The translations under genes and the position numbers were made by a program. From a bacterium (GTDB taxonomy: Bacteria; UBA10199; 2-02-FULL-44-16; JAAZCA01), in contig CAXXGI010000002.1 in the NCBI GenBank assembly GCA_963674695.2, positions 256,001 to 320,000 on the forward strand: DNA of 64,000 nucleotides, given 5' to 3'. Of the stretch, positions 49,645-59,597 are shown in pieces (position 1 is the stretch's first letter; the number at the start of each line of letters is the position of its first letter). The notes under the pieces are model-generated. The model ran no database searches, was not told the DNA's origin, and worked only from the letters and a program-made list of their open reading frames with translations.

Positions 49645-50925
49645 ATGCTGGATCTGAATTTCATCCGCGACAACATCGATGCCGTTCGTAAAAATTCTGC
49701 GGCGCGAAACGTCACCGTCGATTTCGATCGTCTGCTCGGGCTCGACGAAGAGCGTCGGCGCAACATTCAGGCGCTCGAAGAGCTTCGCCGTCAGCAGAAC
49801 GAGACAGCCAAGGTGATGAAGGGAAAACTCCCGCCCGATGAGCGCGACTCCTTCATCGCCAAAGGGCGTGAGCTGAAAGAGAAGGCGGCCGAACTCGATC
49901 GCACGCTCGCCGATGTGCAACACGAACTCGATGCCCTCGTGCGCCAGGTGCCCAACATGACGCACCCGGATTCACCTGTCGGTGCCACCGAAGAGGAGAG
50001 TCGTGAGCTTCGCACGTGGGGCAAGCCGCGCGCGTTCGACTTCACGCCACTCGACCACGTGCAGCTCGGGGAAAAACTCGACCTCATCGACTTCGAGTCG
50101 GGCGCGAAGGTGGCGGGGCAAAAATTCTACTACCTCAAAAACGAAGCGGTGCTTTTGGAGCAGGCGCTCATCGGCTATGCGCTGGCGACCCTCATGCCGG
50201 AGGGATTCACCCCCATCATGACGCCGGACGTGGCGCGCGCCGAGATCCTCGACGGTATCGGGTTCAATCCGCGCGGCGAGGAGACGCAGATCTACTCGAT
50301 TGAAAAGAGCGACCTCTGTCTCATCGCCACCGCCGAGATCACACTCGGCGGCATGTTGGGCGACAAGATCCTGAACGAGTCCGAACTTCCGCTGAAGTTC
50401 GCGGGCATCTCGCACTGCTTCCGCACCGAGGCGGGTGCGGCCGGTCGCGAGAGCCGCGGCCTCTATCGCGTCCACCAGTTTACGAAGATCGAGATGTTCG
50501 CCTTCACGACTCCGGAGGAGTCCGAGGCGATGCACGAAAAACTCCTCGCACTCGAAGAGCGCCTCTTTCAGGGCTTGGGCATTCCCTATCGCGTCCTCGA
50601 TATCTGCACCGGGGATATGGGTGGACCCGCGTATCGCAAGTTCGACCTCGAGGCCTGGATGCCCGGCCGCGGCGAGGGTGGCGCCTATGGCGAGGTGACC
50701 TCCACCTCGAATTGCACCGACTATCAGTCACGCCGACTCGGCATTCGCTTCCGTCGCGAGGGAGAGAAAAAGCCGCAACTGGTGCACATGCTCAACGGCA
50801 CGGCCATCGCCGTGAGCCGCGCGCTCATCGCCATCCTCGAAAACTTCCAGCAGGCCGACGGATCCGTCACGATCCCCGAGCGGCTTCGCCCCTTCATGGG
50901 CGGCATGGAACGCATTGACCGCTGA
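49645..50925 (+). CDS. serS: Serine--tRNA ligase
   Basis: ATAE, CFRTEAG, RVHQFTKIE, EVTSTSNCTDYQSRRL and LNGT motifs. Confidence 0.97.
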   Translation: MLDLNFIRDNIDAVRKNSAARNVTVDFDRLLGLDEERRRNIQALEELRRQQNETAKVMKGKLPPDERDSFIAKGRELKEKAAELDRTLADVQHELDALVRQVPNMTHPDSPVGATEEESRELRTWGKPRAFDFTPLDHVQLGEKLDLIDFESGAKVAGQKFYYLKNEAVLLEQALIGYALATLMPEGFTPIMTPDVARAEILDGIGFNPRGEETQIYSIEKSDLCLIATAEITLGGMLGDKILNESELPLKFAGISHCFRTEAGAAGRESRGLYRVHQFTKIEMFAFTTPEESEAMHEKLLALEERLFQGLGIPYRVLDICTGDMGGPAYRKFDLEAWMPGRGEGGAYGEVTSTSNCTDYQSRRLGIRFRREGEKKPQLVHMLNGTAIAVSRALIAILENFQQADGSVTIPERLRPFMGGMERIDR

Positions 50926-51099
50926 TCTCGGGTTGTCGGCATTTTGACGACCATCTTTTTCATCTCCAATTCTTTTGACGGTCTCGGTGTGAGACACTTC
51001 TATATTGCTATATATTTCAAATAGTTCGATCATGCTCTTGGCTGGCACTTTTTATGCATATACAGTACTGTTGTTCATCATTATTATTAGGAGGTCGCC

Positions 51100-52635
51100 A
51101 TGAAACATCTGCTCCGGTTGATCCTGTTTTCGATCCTCGTCGTTGGCATCGCGTCCTGTCATCCGTCGGCAGATGATTCAACCGCCGGGATGGGGGGGAG
51201 CGTCGGTGGCGGCGATGGGGGCGGGGGGGAACTGGCCGTCACCACGGGTCTTGCTGCGTTGCAGGCACAGGATCTGGACGCGGCCGAGGCGGCCTTCTGT
51301 GGAGCGACCGATGTGAGCGCGCAGGTGGTCGGCAAGGCCAAGGCCTCCGGCGGGGATGGGTCGAATACGCCTGCCTGCTTCGGTTGTGCGATGGTGCGTT
51401 TTTTCAAGCTCTGGGAATCCGATCCGGTCAATCGCATTCTGCAGGGGATGGGCGAGCAACCCCTCGATGTGGACACCCAGATCTTCGGCGAAACCGGCCT
51501 CTTCGCCAAGATGGCTGCGCGGCACAGCCCTTCCTATCTCTTCAACGGAGAGCCGATTTGTTACAACAATCTTCCCTTCATACACGGAGAGTGCCTCTAT
51601 GAGGAACACGAGGCGACGAGAAGCAAGTGCAACGAGTGGAACGAGGATGGTGATTGTTTAGACTGGGGCGAGGAAGCGTATATCTGGGCCGATTGGAAAG
51701 ACGGAACGGGAGTCGGTGTTGATGATCTCGTTCCCTCCATCCTCTGCGGGATGAAGGCGAATGGCTATAGGATGGACGAACTGCGCAACGACCTCATGCT
51801 GATCACGGCGGAGCTTGCGTCTATCAAAGCAATTCTGGTACCGGCCGTGAATGATGCCGATTTTAATTTCACGATTCCAAAGGAATTGTTTCATGGGAAT
51901 CGCGATGTGGCCATCGATTCAATCGACCTCAAGTTCTTTTCTTCCGGATTTGATATCGGCATCTTCGCGACGACGATGGCGACCTTCTACGACATCGGCG
52001 TCGGTCCTCAAATCTGCATCGATGGAAAACTCAATCGCGAGGCGGCGTACAATGCCTTCAATGCGATCGGTAGTATACAGGCGTATCCGCTCATGACGCT
52101 TTTGAACAAGGAAGCCGTGCAGGGACAGAAGGCCGTAGTCGAGAGCCTTCTTCCGATGCTCAAGACCGCATTGACCGAAGCCCTGGCGGTTTATCCGGGC
52201 GAGACGCCTTCCGGGCAGACTCGCGCGAGCACCGGTTCGGATGCGACGATGGCCAGAATCGATTGGGCCAAAGTCCTTCTGTCGCTCAAGCATCGTTTGT
52301 ACTGCAATATTCATGAACCGCACAACTGGACCTGTTGGGTAAATTCGCGTCAGGAAGGACATGAGAAGATTTTCAAAGATGGTCTTGAGTTGGTCGACGA
52401 TCTGCAAGCATCCATGCTCGACTATACGCGCATCCTCGATAGTAAGAGGATGACGATCAATCTCGGAAACTTCTTCGCCGATCCGCCGGGTGCCGGCGAT
52501 GTACCCCAACTGCCGATGGCGAAAAAGTTGAACTCCTCTTATGAATGGGTCGGCGGACGGTTTCCTTTCGTGCCCGTCGATACCTTTTGGAAGAAACTCA
52601 CGGAGGGCTTCGTCAAATTGACGCCTGACTCATAA
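51100..52635 (+). CDS. Hypothetical lipoprotein
   Basis: GGAGG SD, lipobox IASC, Gly linker, several Cys. Confidence 0.75.
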   Translation: MKHLLRLILFSILVVGIASCHPSADDSTAGMGGSVGGGDGGGGELAVTTGLAALQAQDLDAAEAAFCGATDVSAQVVGKAKASGGDGSNTPACFGCAMVRFFKLWESDPVNRILQGMGEQPLDVDTQIFGETGLFAKMAARHSPSYLFNGEPICYNNLPFIHGECLYEEHEATRSKCNEWNEDGDCLDWGEEAYIWADWKDGTGVGVDDLVPSILCGMKANGYRMDELRNDLMLITAELASIKAILVPAVNDADFNFTIPKELFHGNRDVAIDSIDLKFFSSGFDIGIFATTMATFYDIGVGPQICIDGKLNREAAYNAFNAIGSIQAYPLMTLLNKEAVQGQKAVVESLLPMLKTALTEALAVYPGETPSGQTRASTGSDATMARIDWAKVLLSLKHRLYCNIHEPHNWTCWVNSRQEGHEKIFKDGLELVDDLQASMLDYTRILDSKRMTINLGNFFADPPGAGDVPQLPMAKKLNSSYEWVGGRFPFVPVDTFWKKLTEGFVKLTPDS

Positions 52636-52696
52636 GTGTTTGTGGCATGACCTGACAACGAATACGAAAGATATCCGCAGATACATTTGTGACGAT

Positions 52697-53341
52697 ATGC
52701 GTTTTCTGCTCATCATGCTCAGCGTTTTCTTTGCCTGTACCGTTTCCGCTGCGGCCTCTGACACGACGCCGCAGCGGCTTTGCAAGCAGCTGCGGCGTGA
52801 GGCTTCGGCCATTGTCATGACGCCCGAATTGAGTGCACGCCTTGCGCTCACACATATCTTCTTTGCGGAGCATTTTGCGACACCGGAGTTTCTTTCGCAT
52901 ACCCTCTGGGATGATTGGAAGAAGCTCGATGCCGAAAAGCGTGCACACTTAATCGATGTCTTTCAAACGGTATTGGCCAAAAACATCGTACGCAGGCTCT
53001 CCGATACGAAGGCGGCGGAGCTTTCCCCCTTTCGTCTGTTGCGCATCGATACGGTTGATGGGGCGCGCATTGGACGCTATCGGGGGAAATTTCGGGGAAC
53101 GGATGTCTCCTTCGATATTCTCTTGATTCCGATCGAGGGCTCCTGGAAGATCGTCGATGTGACCATCGAGGGCGCGAGCATGCGTGTGAACTACGAAGGA
53201 CATTTTGGGTACCTCATCAATAAATACGGCATCGACGGCCTGATCGCACGCGTGGAGCGTGCGGCGGAAAAGCCGCTGTCGGTAAAAGGGAGTGACGATG
53301 GCATTCACCGTCAAGATCATCGAGGCGACGAGCCCCTATGA
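52697..53341 (+). CDS. MlaC/Ttg2D-like periplasmic protein
   Basis: Signal peptide; WKKL..E, WKIVDVTIEGASM..NY and GIDGLI motifs. Confidence 0.75.
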   Translation: MRFLLIMLSVFFACTVSAAASDTTPQRLCKQLRREASAIVMTPELSARLALTHIFFAEHFATPEFLSHTLWDDWKKLDAEKRAHLIDVFQTVLAKNIVRRLSDTKAAELSPFRLLRIDTVDGARIGRYRGKFRGTDVSFDILLIPIEGSWKIVDVTIEGASMRVNYEGHFGYLINKYGIDGLIARVERAAEKPLSVKGSDDGIHRQDHRGDEPL

Positions 53342-53492
53342 TCTCGAAAAACGCATCAACGAGGTGCTCGCCGACCCGGAGTTCAAGGATCATGAAGTCG
53401 TCGATATCAAGCACGAGGTGACCATGATGCCCGGCGCCAAGGTCAGCCGCGGTGGCATGTTCTATCTCGCCTCGATTTTGTTTCGAAAATAG
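53298..53492 (+). CDS. Small hypothetical protein
   Basis: GGGAG SD; globular-looking 64 aa; overlaps the upstream 3' end. Confidence 0.6.
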   Translation: MAFTVKIIEATSPYDLEKRINEVLADPEFKDHEVVDIKHEVTMMPGAKVSRGGMFYLASILFRK

Positions 53493-53529
53493 ATGGATTT
53501 CATTCGGTGTCATTCAGCGAACCAAAGGT

Positions 53530-53600
53530 TGTCATTCCCGCGAAGGCGGGAATCTCGATTGTTACGAAACATCGAGATCCCCGTTTCCACGGGGATGACA
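53530..53600. repeat. REP-like doublet
   Basis: TGTCATTCCCGCGAAGGCGGGAATC...CGGGGATGACA. Confidence 0.85.
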
Positions 53601-53748
53601 AAACCAAGCCGGAGTAATATTTAGAAATCCCCTCATTTCAACAGGTTAGCTCGCATCTTTCCGCCATTTAGACAGGTGTATTCACTCGTTCGTCTTCCGG
53701 CCGAACCTTACCCCCTCCTCTGCCGATAACTGGGGTGTAGGCGACGCG

Positions 53749-54207
53749 ATGTCAAAACGACACCAACACGGGAGGCACACGATGGAGATGCACTATGAGG
53801 CCGATATCTTTGAACGCGTGATACGACGACAGATCCACATCGAGGAGGCCGCGCGTATCTGTGGCTACACCAAGCGCACCGCCTATCGGCGGCTCAAGCG
53901 TTATAAACAGGAGGGCTTGAAGGGGCTGCGTCACGGCCTGGTTGGCAAGACCTCGAATCGGGCGAAGGATCCCTCGACGCGCACGGCGGTGATCGATTTC
54001 TACCGTGAACGCGGCGATGGGAAATCGCTCTCGGCATTCGTGCGGCACTTCCGGACGATCAGCGGGATTTCGGTCTGTCGCGAGACGGTGCGGCAGTGGT
54101 TGCTCGATGCAGGGCTCTGGCAGGTTTCCGAACGTCCGATCATGGCATCAGGTGCGCCGCTGGAGATTTCGATCGATATTCAGGCCAAGGAGCGCCTGGT
54201 CTCCTAA
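53749..54207 (+). CDS. HTH protein resembling a transposase N-terminal DNA-binding region, without a catalytic domain
   Basis: EAARICGYTKRTAYRRLKRY..EG..GL.HG..G..SNR...ISVCRETVRQWL; start may be at MEMHY. Confidence 0.7.
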   Translation: MSKRHQHGRHTMEMHYEADIFERVIRRQIHIEEAARICGYTKRTAYRRLKRYKQEGLKGLRHGLVGKTSNRAKDPSTRTAVIDFYRERGDGKSLSAFVRHFRTISGISVCRETVRQWLLDAGLWQVSERPIMASGAPLEISIDIQAKERLVS

Positions 54208-54276
54208 ATCAATTTGCGTGGTCAAATGTGGTCAAATTCGCTATCAATCCCCCTCCGGTATGAGGGGGATTTTTTT

Positions 54277-56028
54277 ATGACCATCGCGATTCACGTCACG
54301 CATGAGGCCATTCAAAAGATCGGCGGCATCGGGGCCGTCATCCGGGGGCTCGCCGTCACGCCCGTCTATCAGCAGGCCTTTCCGCGCACGCTCCTCTATA
54401 CGCCGCTCTTCGATCGCGACGGTCCGATCGAAAATCGCCTGGGTCCGGATGCGGACGTCCTCTTTTCACACATCGATGGCATCGATGTGAATGGCTGGGG
54501 CGAGCGCCTCCGCCCGATCGAAGAACGCTTCGGCATCCACGTGGTCTTCGGTCGAAAGCGGTTGCGCGCGGAGCACGGGGGGGACGGAAGCGCCGAGGTC
54601 GATATCCTGGCCGTCGATGGCGCCGGGATGAAATCCGCAGCGCGCAGTACCTTCGAATATCAACTCTGGGAACATTTCGGCATCGCCTCCGATCGCTTCG
54701 CGCACGATCGTGACTACGATCAGTATCTGCGCATCGGCGCGGTTCTCATCGATCTGACCGAGGCGATCTATGGTCGCGACGAGCGCGTCGTCCTATTCTC
54801 CCACGAATATATGGGCATGGCTTCAGCGCTGGCCTTCGAGGTCGCCAAGCGCGAGGAGCGGCGCTCGGGGGATAAAACCTTCTTCTATGCGCACGAGGTC
54901 TCCACCGCCCGGGCGGTGGTCGAAGAACACCCGGGGCACGACCTGGCCTTCTATAATCTCCTGCGCCTCGATCGGGATGCGGGGATCTCGCTCGAAGAGG
55001 AGTTCGGTTCGTTCGCCCACTATTCGCGCAACGAACTCATCAAGCGCACGGTCCATCTCGACGGCATCATCGCAGTGAGCGAGGTGACTCGCGAGGAGCT
55101 CATCTACCTCTGTCCGGAAATGGACGCGTCGCGCATTCATGTGGTTCCCAACGGCCTCGCGGTCGATGCCCCCGGCTATGACGAAAAGTTACATTCCCGC
55201 GAGCGTTTGCAACACTACTGCGAGCGCCTCTTCACCTTTCGACCGGACGTGATCATGACCCACGTGACCCGGCTCGTCATCAGCAAGGGGATCTGGCGGG
55301 ACGTGCGCCTGCTCTATCAGATCGACGAGGAGTTGGCGCGCACGGGACAGAAGGGGTTCTTCGTCCTGCTCTCGACCCTCATCGGCGGCGGGCGCAGCGA
55401 CGCGGACATCGCGCGCATGGAGGGGGAGTACGGCTGGCCGGTTCTGCATCGCGAGGGCTGGCCCGATCTGATGGGCTATGAGGTGGAGATCGCCAAGTTT
55501 CTGGAACTCTTCAACGCGCGGTCGGCCGCGCTCAAGGGCGTCTTCATCAATCAGTATGGATTCGGTCGCCCGACCAGCGGCTGGCGCACGCCCGAGGGAA
55601 GTTCGGTGCGCGACCTGCGTCTGGGCAGCGATGCGGAATTCGGACTCTCCATCTACGAGCCCTTCGGCATCGCGCAGCTCGAGACGGTCCCGTATGGCGG
55701 CATCCCCATCGTGTCGAGCGTCTGCGGATGTGCGGCAACGCTCGAGAAGGAGATCGACGCGCGCGACGCGGTCATCCTCGACTTCACGCGCGTGCCGCCC
55801 TCGTTTCGCGGCGCGCTCAATCACAAGGCCGATTTTCAAAACGTCACGATGGAGATGCGCGACCTGGTCGAGACCGAGATCTGCCGCCAGGCCTCCGCAC
55901 AGATCGCCGCCGCCCTGCCGCACACCGACGAGGCCCGTCGCGAACGCTTCACCCGCATGCAGGCGTGCGCCCGCACCCTCGACTGGGACCACGCCGCCCA
56001 GGCATTGGCAGGGCTGATACCGGGGTGA
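54277..56028 (+). CDS. GT3-like (eukaryote-type) glycogen synthase family glycosyltransferase
   Basis: HEAIQKIGGI, FSHEYM, AVSEVT, VVPNG and YEPFG motifs. Confidence 0.7.
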   Translation: MTIAIHVTHEAIQKIGGIGAVIRGLAVTPVYQQAFPRTLLYTPLFDRDGPIENRLGPDADVLFSHIDGIDVNGWGERLRPIEERFGIHVVFGRKRLRAEHGGDGSAEVDILAVDGAGMKSAARSTFEYQLWEHFGIASDRFAHDRDYDQYLRIGAVLIDLTEAIYGRDERVVLFSHEYMGMASALAFEVAKREERRSGDKTFFYAHEVSTARAVVEEHPGHDLAFYNLLRLDRDAGISLEEEFGSFAHYSRNELIKRTVHLDGIIAVSEVTREELIYLCPEMDASRIHVVPNGLAVDAPGYDEKLHSRERLQHYCERLFTFRPDVIMTHVTRLVISKGIWRDVRLLYQIDEELARTGQKGFFVLLSTLIGGGRSDADIARMEGEYGWPVLHREGWPDLMGYEVEIAKFLELFNARSAALKGVFINQYGFGRPTSGWRTPEGSSVRDLRLGSDAEFGLSIYEPFGIAQLETVPYGGIPIVSSVCGCAATLEKEIDARDAVILDFTRVPPSFRGALNHKADFQNVTMEMRDLVETEICRQASAQIAAALPHTDEARRERFTRMQACARTLDWDHAAQALAGLIPG

Positions 56029-56203
56029 GGAAAACGCCCTGACGGGACATCGCCGACATTCCCCTTTCAGGTTGAAGCGGTTTTCGTCGTTCAGAGCTGG
56101 GCAACTGGCGATGTCGTGGACTCTATTTGCCTTATTGCACATTGATATTCAAAGCGTTTTGTGTATAATTAAAACTTCAGGAATTTTATTGAGGATTTTA
56201 ATT

Positions 56204-57421
56204 ATGATAAAAACGTATATCACTCGGGAAAGCTATCTCAATCGGATCAAGCCCTTCATCGGTAAGGACCTCATCAAGGTACTCGTCGGTCAGCGCCGGG
56301 TGGGGAAGAGCTACATGCTCTATCAGATCATGGATCTGATCCGGGCACAGGAGAAAGACGCCAACATCATCCTCATCGACAAGGAGCTGCACGAATTCGA
56401 TGCCCTGCAGGACTATCGTTCGCTTGCGAAATACGTCGAGGAAAAGACCACAGACGATCGCCAGAAGAACTACCTCTTTATCGATGAGATTCAGGATATC
56501 GACGTATTTGAAAAGGCGCTGCGCAGCTTCAATGCGTCTGGAAAATACGACATCTACTGCACCGGCAGCAATGCCAAGATGCTCTCCAGCGAGCTTTCAA
56601 CGAATTTAAGCGGGCGATATATCGAGATCGATATACACAGTCTTTCGTACGCGGAGTTTCTTCTCTTCCATGCCCTCGAAGAAACGGATGAAACGTTTTT
56701 GAAATATATCAAATATGGAGGGCTTCCCTACCTCATCCATCTCGATCTTGAGGATGATATCGTCTATGACTATCTTCGCAACGTCACCAATACGATCTTC
56801 TTCAAGGATGTCTGTGCACGCTATAACATTCGAAACGTTACCTTTTTGGAGCGGCTCGTCGAATATGTCGCTGAGAATCTCGGCAGCCTCGTATCGGCAA
56901 AGCGGATCAGCGATTTCTTAAAATCACAGAGGGTTCGGATCTCTCCAAATATCGTTTTAGATTATCTCTCGCACCTGTGTTTATCCTTTTTGATCTATCG
57001 GGTTCCCCGTCAAGATGTGAAGGGAAAGAAGGTCTTCGAGATCAACGAAAAGTATTATTTCGAAGACGTGGGGTTGCGTCATACGCTCGTTCGATACACC
57101 CAAGCTGATGTGAATAAGGTTCTGGAAAATCTTGTTTTCCGGCATTTGATCGGGTGCGGCTATGACGTCAAAGTCGGCCAGCTCGGCGAAAAAGAGATTG
57201 ATTTTGCGTGTGAGAAAAACGGTGAACGACTCTACATTCAGGTTGCCTACACGATCACGGAAGAAAATCGTGAGCGAGAGTTTGGCAATTTGCTCGAGAT
57301 CGATGATAATTACCCAAAACTCGTTCTCTCCATGGATCCCTTGGTGAGCGATAACAGCTACAAGGGAATCCTTCATCGGAACATTCGGACATTTCTCGCT
57401 TCGCCAGAGCTGGATGTTTAG
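56204..57421 (+). CDS. AAA_14 ATPase + DUF4143 (PD-(D/E)xK) protein
   Basis: GQRRVGKS, FIDEIQ, TGS, LSGR, GGLP, KYYFEDVG and EIDF...IQV motifs. Confidence 0.9.
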   Translation: MIKTYITRESYLNRIKPFIGKDLIKVLVGQRRVGKSYMLYQIMDLIRAQEKDANIILIDKELHEFDALQDYRSLAKYVEEKTTDDRQKNYLFIDEIQDIDVFEKALRSFNASGKYDIYCTGSNAKMLSSELSTNLSGRYIEIDIHSLSYAEFLLFHALEETDETFLKYIKYGGLPYLIHLDLEDDIVYDYLRNVTNTIFFKDVCARYNIRNVTFLERLVEYVAENLGSLVSAKRISDFLKSQRVRISPNIVLDYLSHLCLSFLIYRVPRQDVKGKKVFEINEKYYFEDVGLRHTLVRYTQADVNKVLENLVFRHLIGCGYDVKVGQLGEKEIDFACEKNGERLYIQVAYTITEENREREFGNLLEIDDNYPKLVLSMDPLVSDNSYKGILHRNIRTFLASPELDV

Positions 57422-57430
57422 ACTGAGAAT

Positions 57431-58576
57431 CTATACGGAATACATGTGACTGAGATAGTGGGCAAAGACGGGGTCGGAGAGGCGCCACCCCTTGTCAATC
57501 TCCTGTTCGACGATGCCTGCATCAAGAAGCTTCTGAAGTATCTTCCCGACTCCGGATTTCGATATATGTAACGCGCGCAGAAAATCGGCTCCCTGTGGTT
57601 CCGAGACAAAACCTTTGCAGGCCATGCCGATGAGGAGGGCCTTTTCCCCCTTGCTCATGTTCGACAGACGATAGGCGTAACTCTGTTTCATTTCGACCAT
57701 GTCGTTCAGGGCCATCTCGATGTCGGCGACCTCAAGGGTCTTTCCCGTGTATCGTTCTTGTATCCACGCGCCAAGTTCACAGATTGCGTTTGGTACCTGA
57801 CACATGCGGTCCAGGAGGTGTTGTAAAGCCTCCGTCGTTACTTCAATGTCGAACGGCTTCAGCCTCTCCGAGAAGTATGGCTTCCATGCCCCGAAGGGTA
57901 TCGGATCGAGATGCATTTCGTCGCCGTATTGGAAGAGAGGCGCGTTGGCGTTTCCCAACATCCGTTCCATCAAGTGTCGCTTGGATCCTAGGATAAAGAC
58001 GGAGGCCTTGGAAAGCCGTTGCAGGAAGGAACGCAGGATCGCTTCCGCCTCGGGAACGAGTGCGATATCCTGAAATTCATCAAGGATGAGCATGAGCGGC
58101 TGTTTCTCCGAGAATTCCACGATGCTATCCAGAAGCATAAGGATGTCTTTCCGATCATTTCCTGACGAAAGGCCGATTCCAACCGATGGAGCTCCCGTTA
58201 GAGGGTCGAAATCGATGTGCGGGGAGAGTTTTTTAAAGAGTTCCTTCACCCGTTTCAAGAGGTTTGACGGCGAATATGATTCGGCGAGAGTTTGGCCAAG
58301 GGCATGGGCGAGGCGAACAGCGATCGAATGTAATGACTCTACGCCCATGAAATCGACGGAGAGGACAAGGCGTTTTGGGCGGGTTTTCGCCATGGCTGGG
58401 CCTACGACATTCCTGACCAACGAGGATTTTCCATAGCGTCTCGGAGCCAGCAGGATGACTCTCTTGCCCGCTTTTGCCGCTGCCAACAGTGCGGTGATCT
58501 CTTTTTCCCGGTCGCAGATATCCTTCTTGTCCAGGAGGACATCGTACTGGAAGATTCGAATCTGTTTTTTGGTCAT
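57431..58576 (-). CDS. P-loop ATPase (archaeal ATPase_2-like) with C-terminal wHTH
   Basis: DREKE, APRRYGKSS, LDEFQ, GS and DPVF motifs. Confidence 0.85.
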   Translation of the reverse strand: MTKKQIRIFQYDVLLDKKDICDREKEITALLAAAKAGKRVILLAPRRYGKSSLVRNVVGPAMAKTRPKRLVLSVDFMGVESLHSIAVRLAHALGQTLAESYSPSNLLKRVKELFKKLSPHIDFDPLTGAPSVGIGLSSGNDRKDILMLLDSIVEFSEKQPLMLILDEFQDIALVPEAEAILRSFLQRLSKASVFILGSKRHLMERMLGNANAPLFQYGDEMHLDPIPFGAWKPYFSERLKPFDIEVTTEALQHLLDRMCQVPNAICELGAWIQERYTGKTLEVADIEMALNDMVEMKQSYAYRLSNMSKGEKALLIGMACKGFVSEPQGADFLRALHISKSGVGKILQKLLDAGIVEQEIDKGWRLSDPVFAHYLSHMYSV

Positions 58577-58725
58577 AACGGAATGGTAGCAAAACCCCGG
58601 CTGTCTGTCCACTATTGGTGGGCCACTTTTAGTGGACCACTTTTAGGAGACCATAGAAGATCAATGTCATTTCAATCAGATAAGCAGTTTTGGAGGGTGA
58701 AGAGAGGCGAGCCTTGCTCAAAAAA

Positions 58726-58843
58726 GGGCGCGTCGGTCTCGGGGTGGGGCGGTCGAGGTTGAACCTGATCGCCACGCTACTTCAGTTTGTTCCGGATACG
58801 GCGGAGTAACATCGCATCCACGAACTCGACCGAAACCACGCCG
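58726..58843 (+). repeat. Gene 3'-end direct repeat, copy 1 (diverged, internally deleted)
   Basis: Reads GRVGLGVGRSRLNLIATLLQFVPDTAE*, plus about 35 nt after the stop shared with copy 2. Confidence 0.8.
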
Positions 58844-58988
58844 CCCTGCGCTGGACTCATCGGGCCCACTCATTATTTTCAATGATATCAACAGGTTGGA
58901 TGTGCATCCCAGAAGCGCGCGAGGGATGATGTTAGTGGTTCGATAAAGATATTTACACATATCAACAAGTGTAGATAATACTATCGAT

Positions 58989-59597
58989 ATGAAGAATCGA
59001 ATGTCGGAAGAGAAGGCTGTCGATATTTTTCAAAAACATGGGGGCATGCTGAAAACAGCTCAAGCCGCTCGCCTCGGAATTCACTGTGAAACGCTCTACA
59101 GACTTCGAGACCGTGGTGTTCTTGAGACTGTTGCTAGAGGACTCTATCGTCTCTCCAGCCTTCCGGCGCTCAGCTGCCCGGACATGGTAACCGTCGCGCT
59201 CAAGGTTCCCCATGGTGTGATTTGTCTGCTGTCAGCGCTGGAATTTCACGAGATCACAACGCATATCCCGCACAAGGTCTATGTGGCGTTGAAAAGGGGG
59301 ACCATGACGCCGAGGCTCACCTATCCGCCTCTGTGTGTGGTGCGGTATTCCGGCGAGGCGTTTTCGATGGGAAGAGAATCGCATGAGATCGATGGTGTGA
59401 CGGTATACGTTTACAGTGCAGCAAAGACGGTTGCCGACTGTTTTAAATTTCGAAATCAGTTTGGACTCGATGTTGCCATCGAAGCGCTGAAGCTTGCGCT
59501 CACACGGAACAAGGCAACCAGGGCCGATATTTTTCGGTGCGCACGGGTCTGCGGTGTTGAGAAGATCATCAGACCATACATTGAGGCGCTCGAGTGA
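58989..59597 (+). CDS. Type IV TA antitoxin, AbiEi family
   Basis: RGLYRL, GVICLLSALEFH.IT and KTVADCFKFRN..GLDVAIEAL motifs. Confidence 0.9.
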   Translation: MKNRMSEEKAVDIFQKHGGMLKTAQAARLGIHCETLYRLRDRGVLETVARGLYRLSSLPALSCPDMVTVALKVPHGVICLLSALEFHEITTHIPHKVYVALKRGTMTPRLTYPPLCVVRYSGEAFSMGRESHEIDGVTVYVYSAAKTVADCFKFRNQFGLDVAIEALKLALTRNKATRADIFRCARVCGVEKIIRPYIEALE

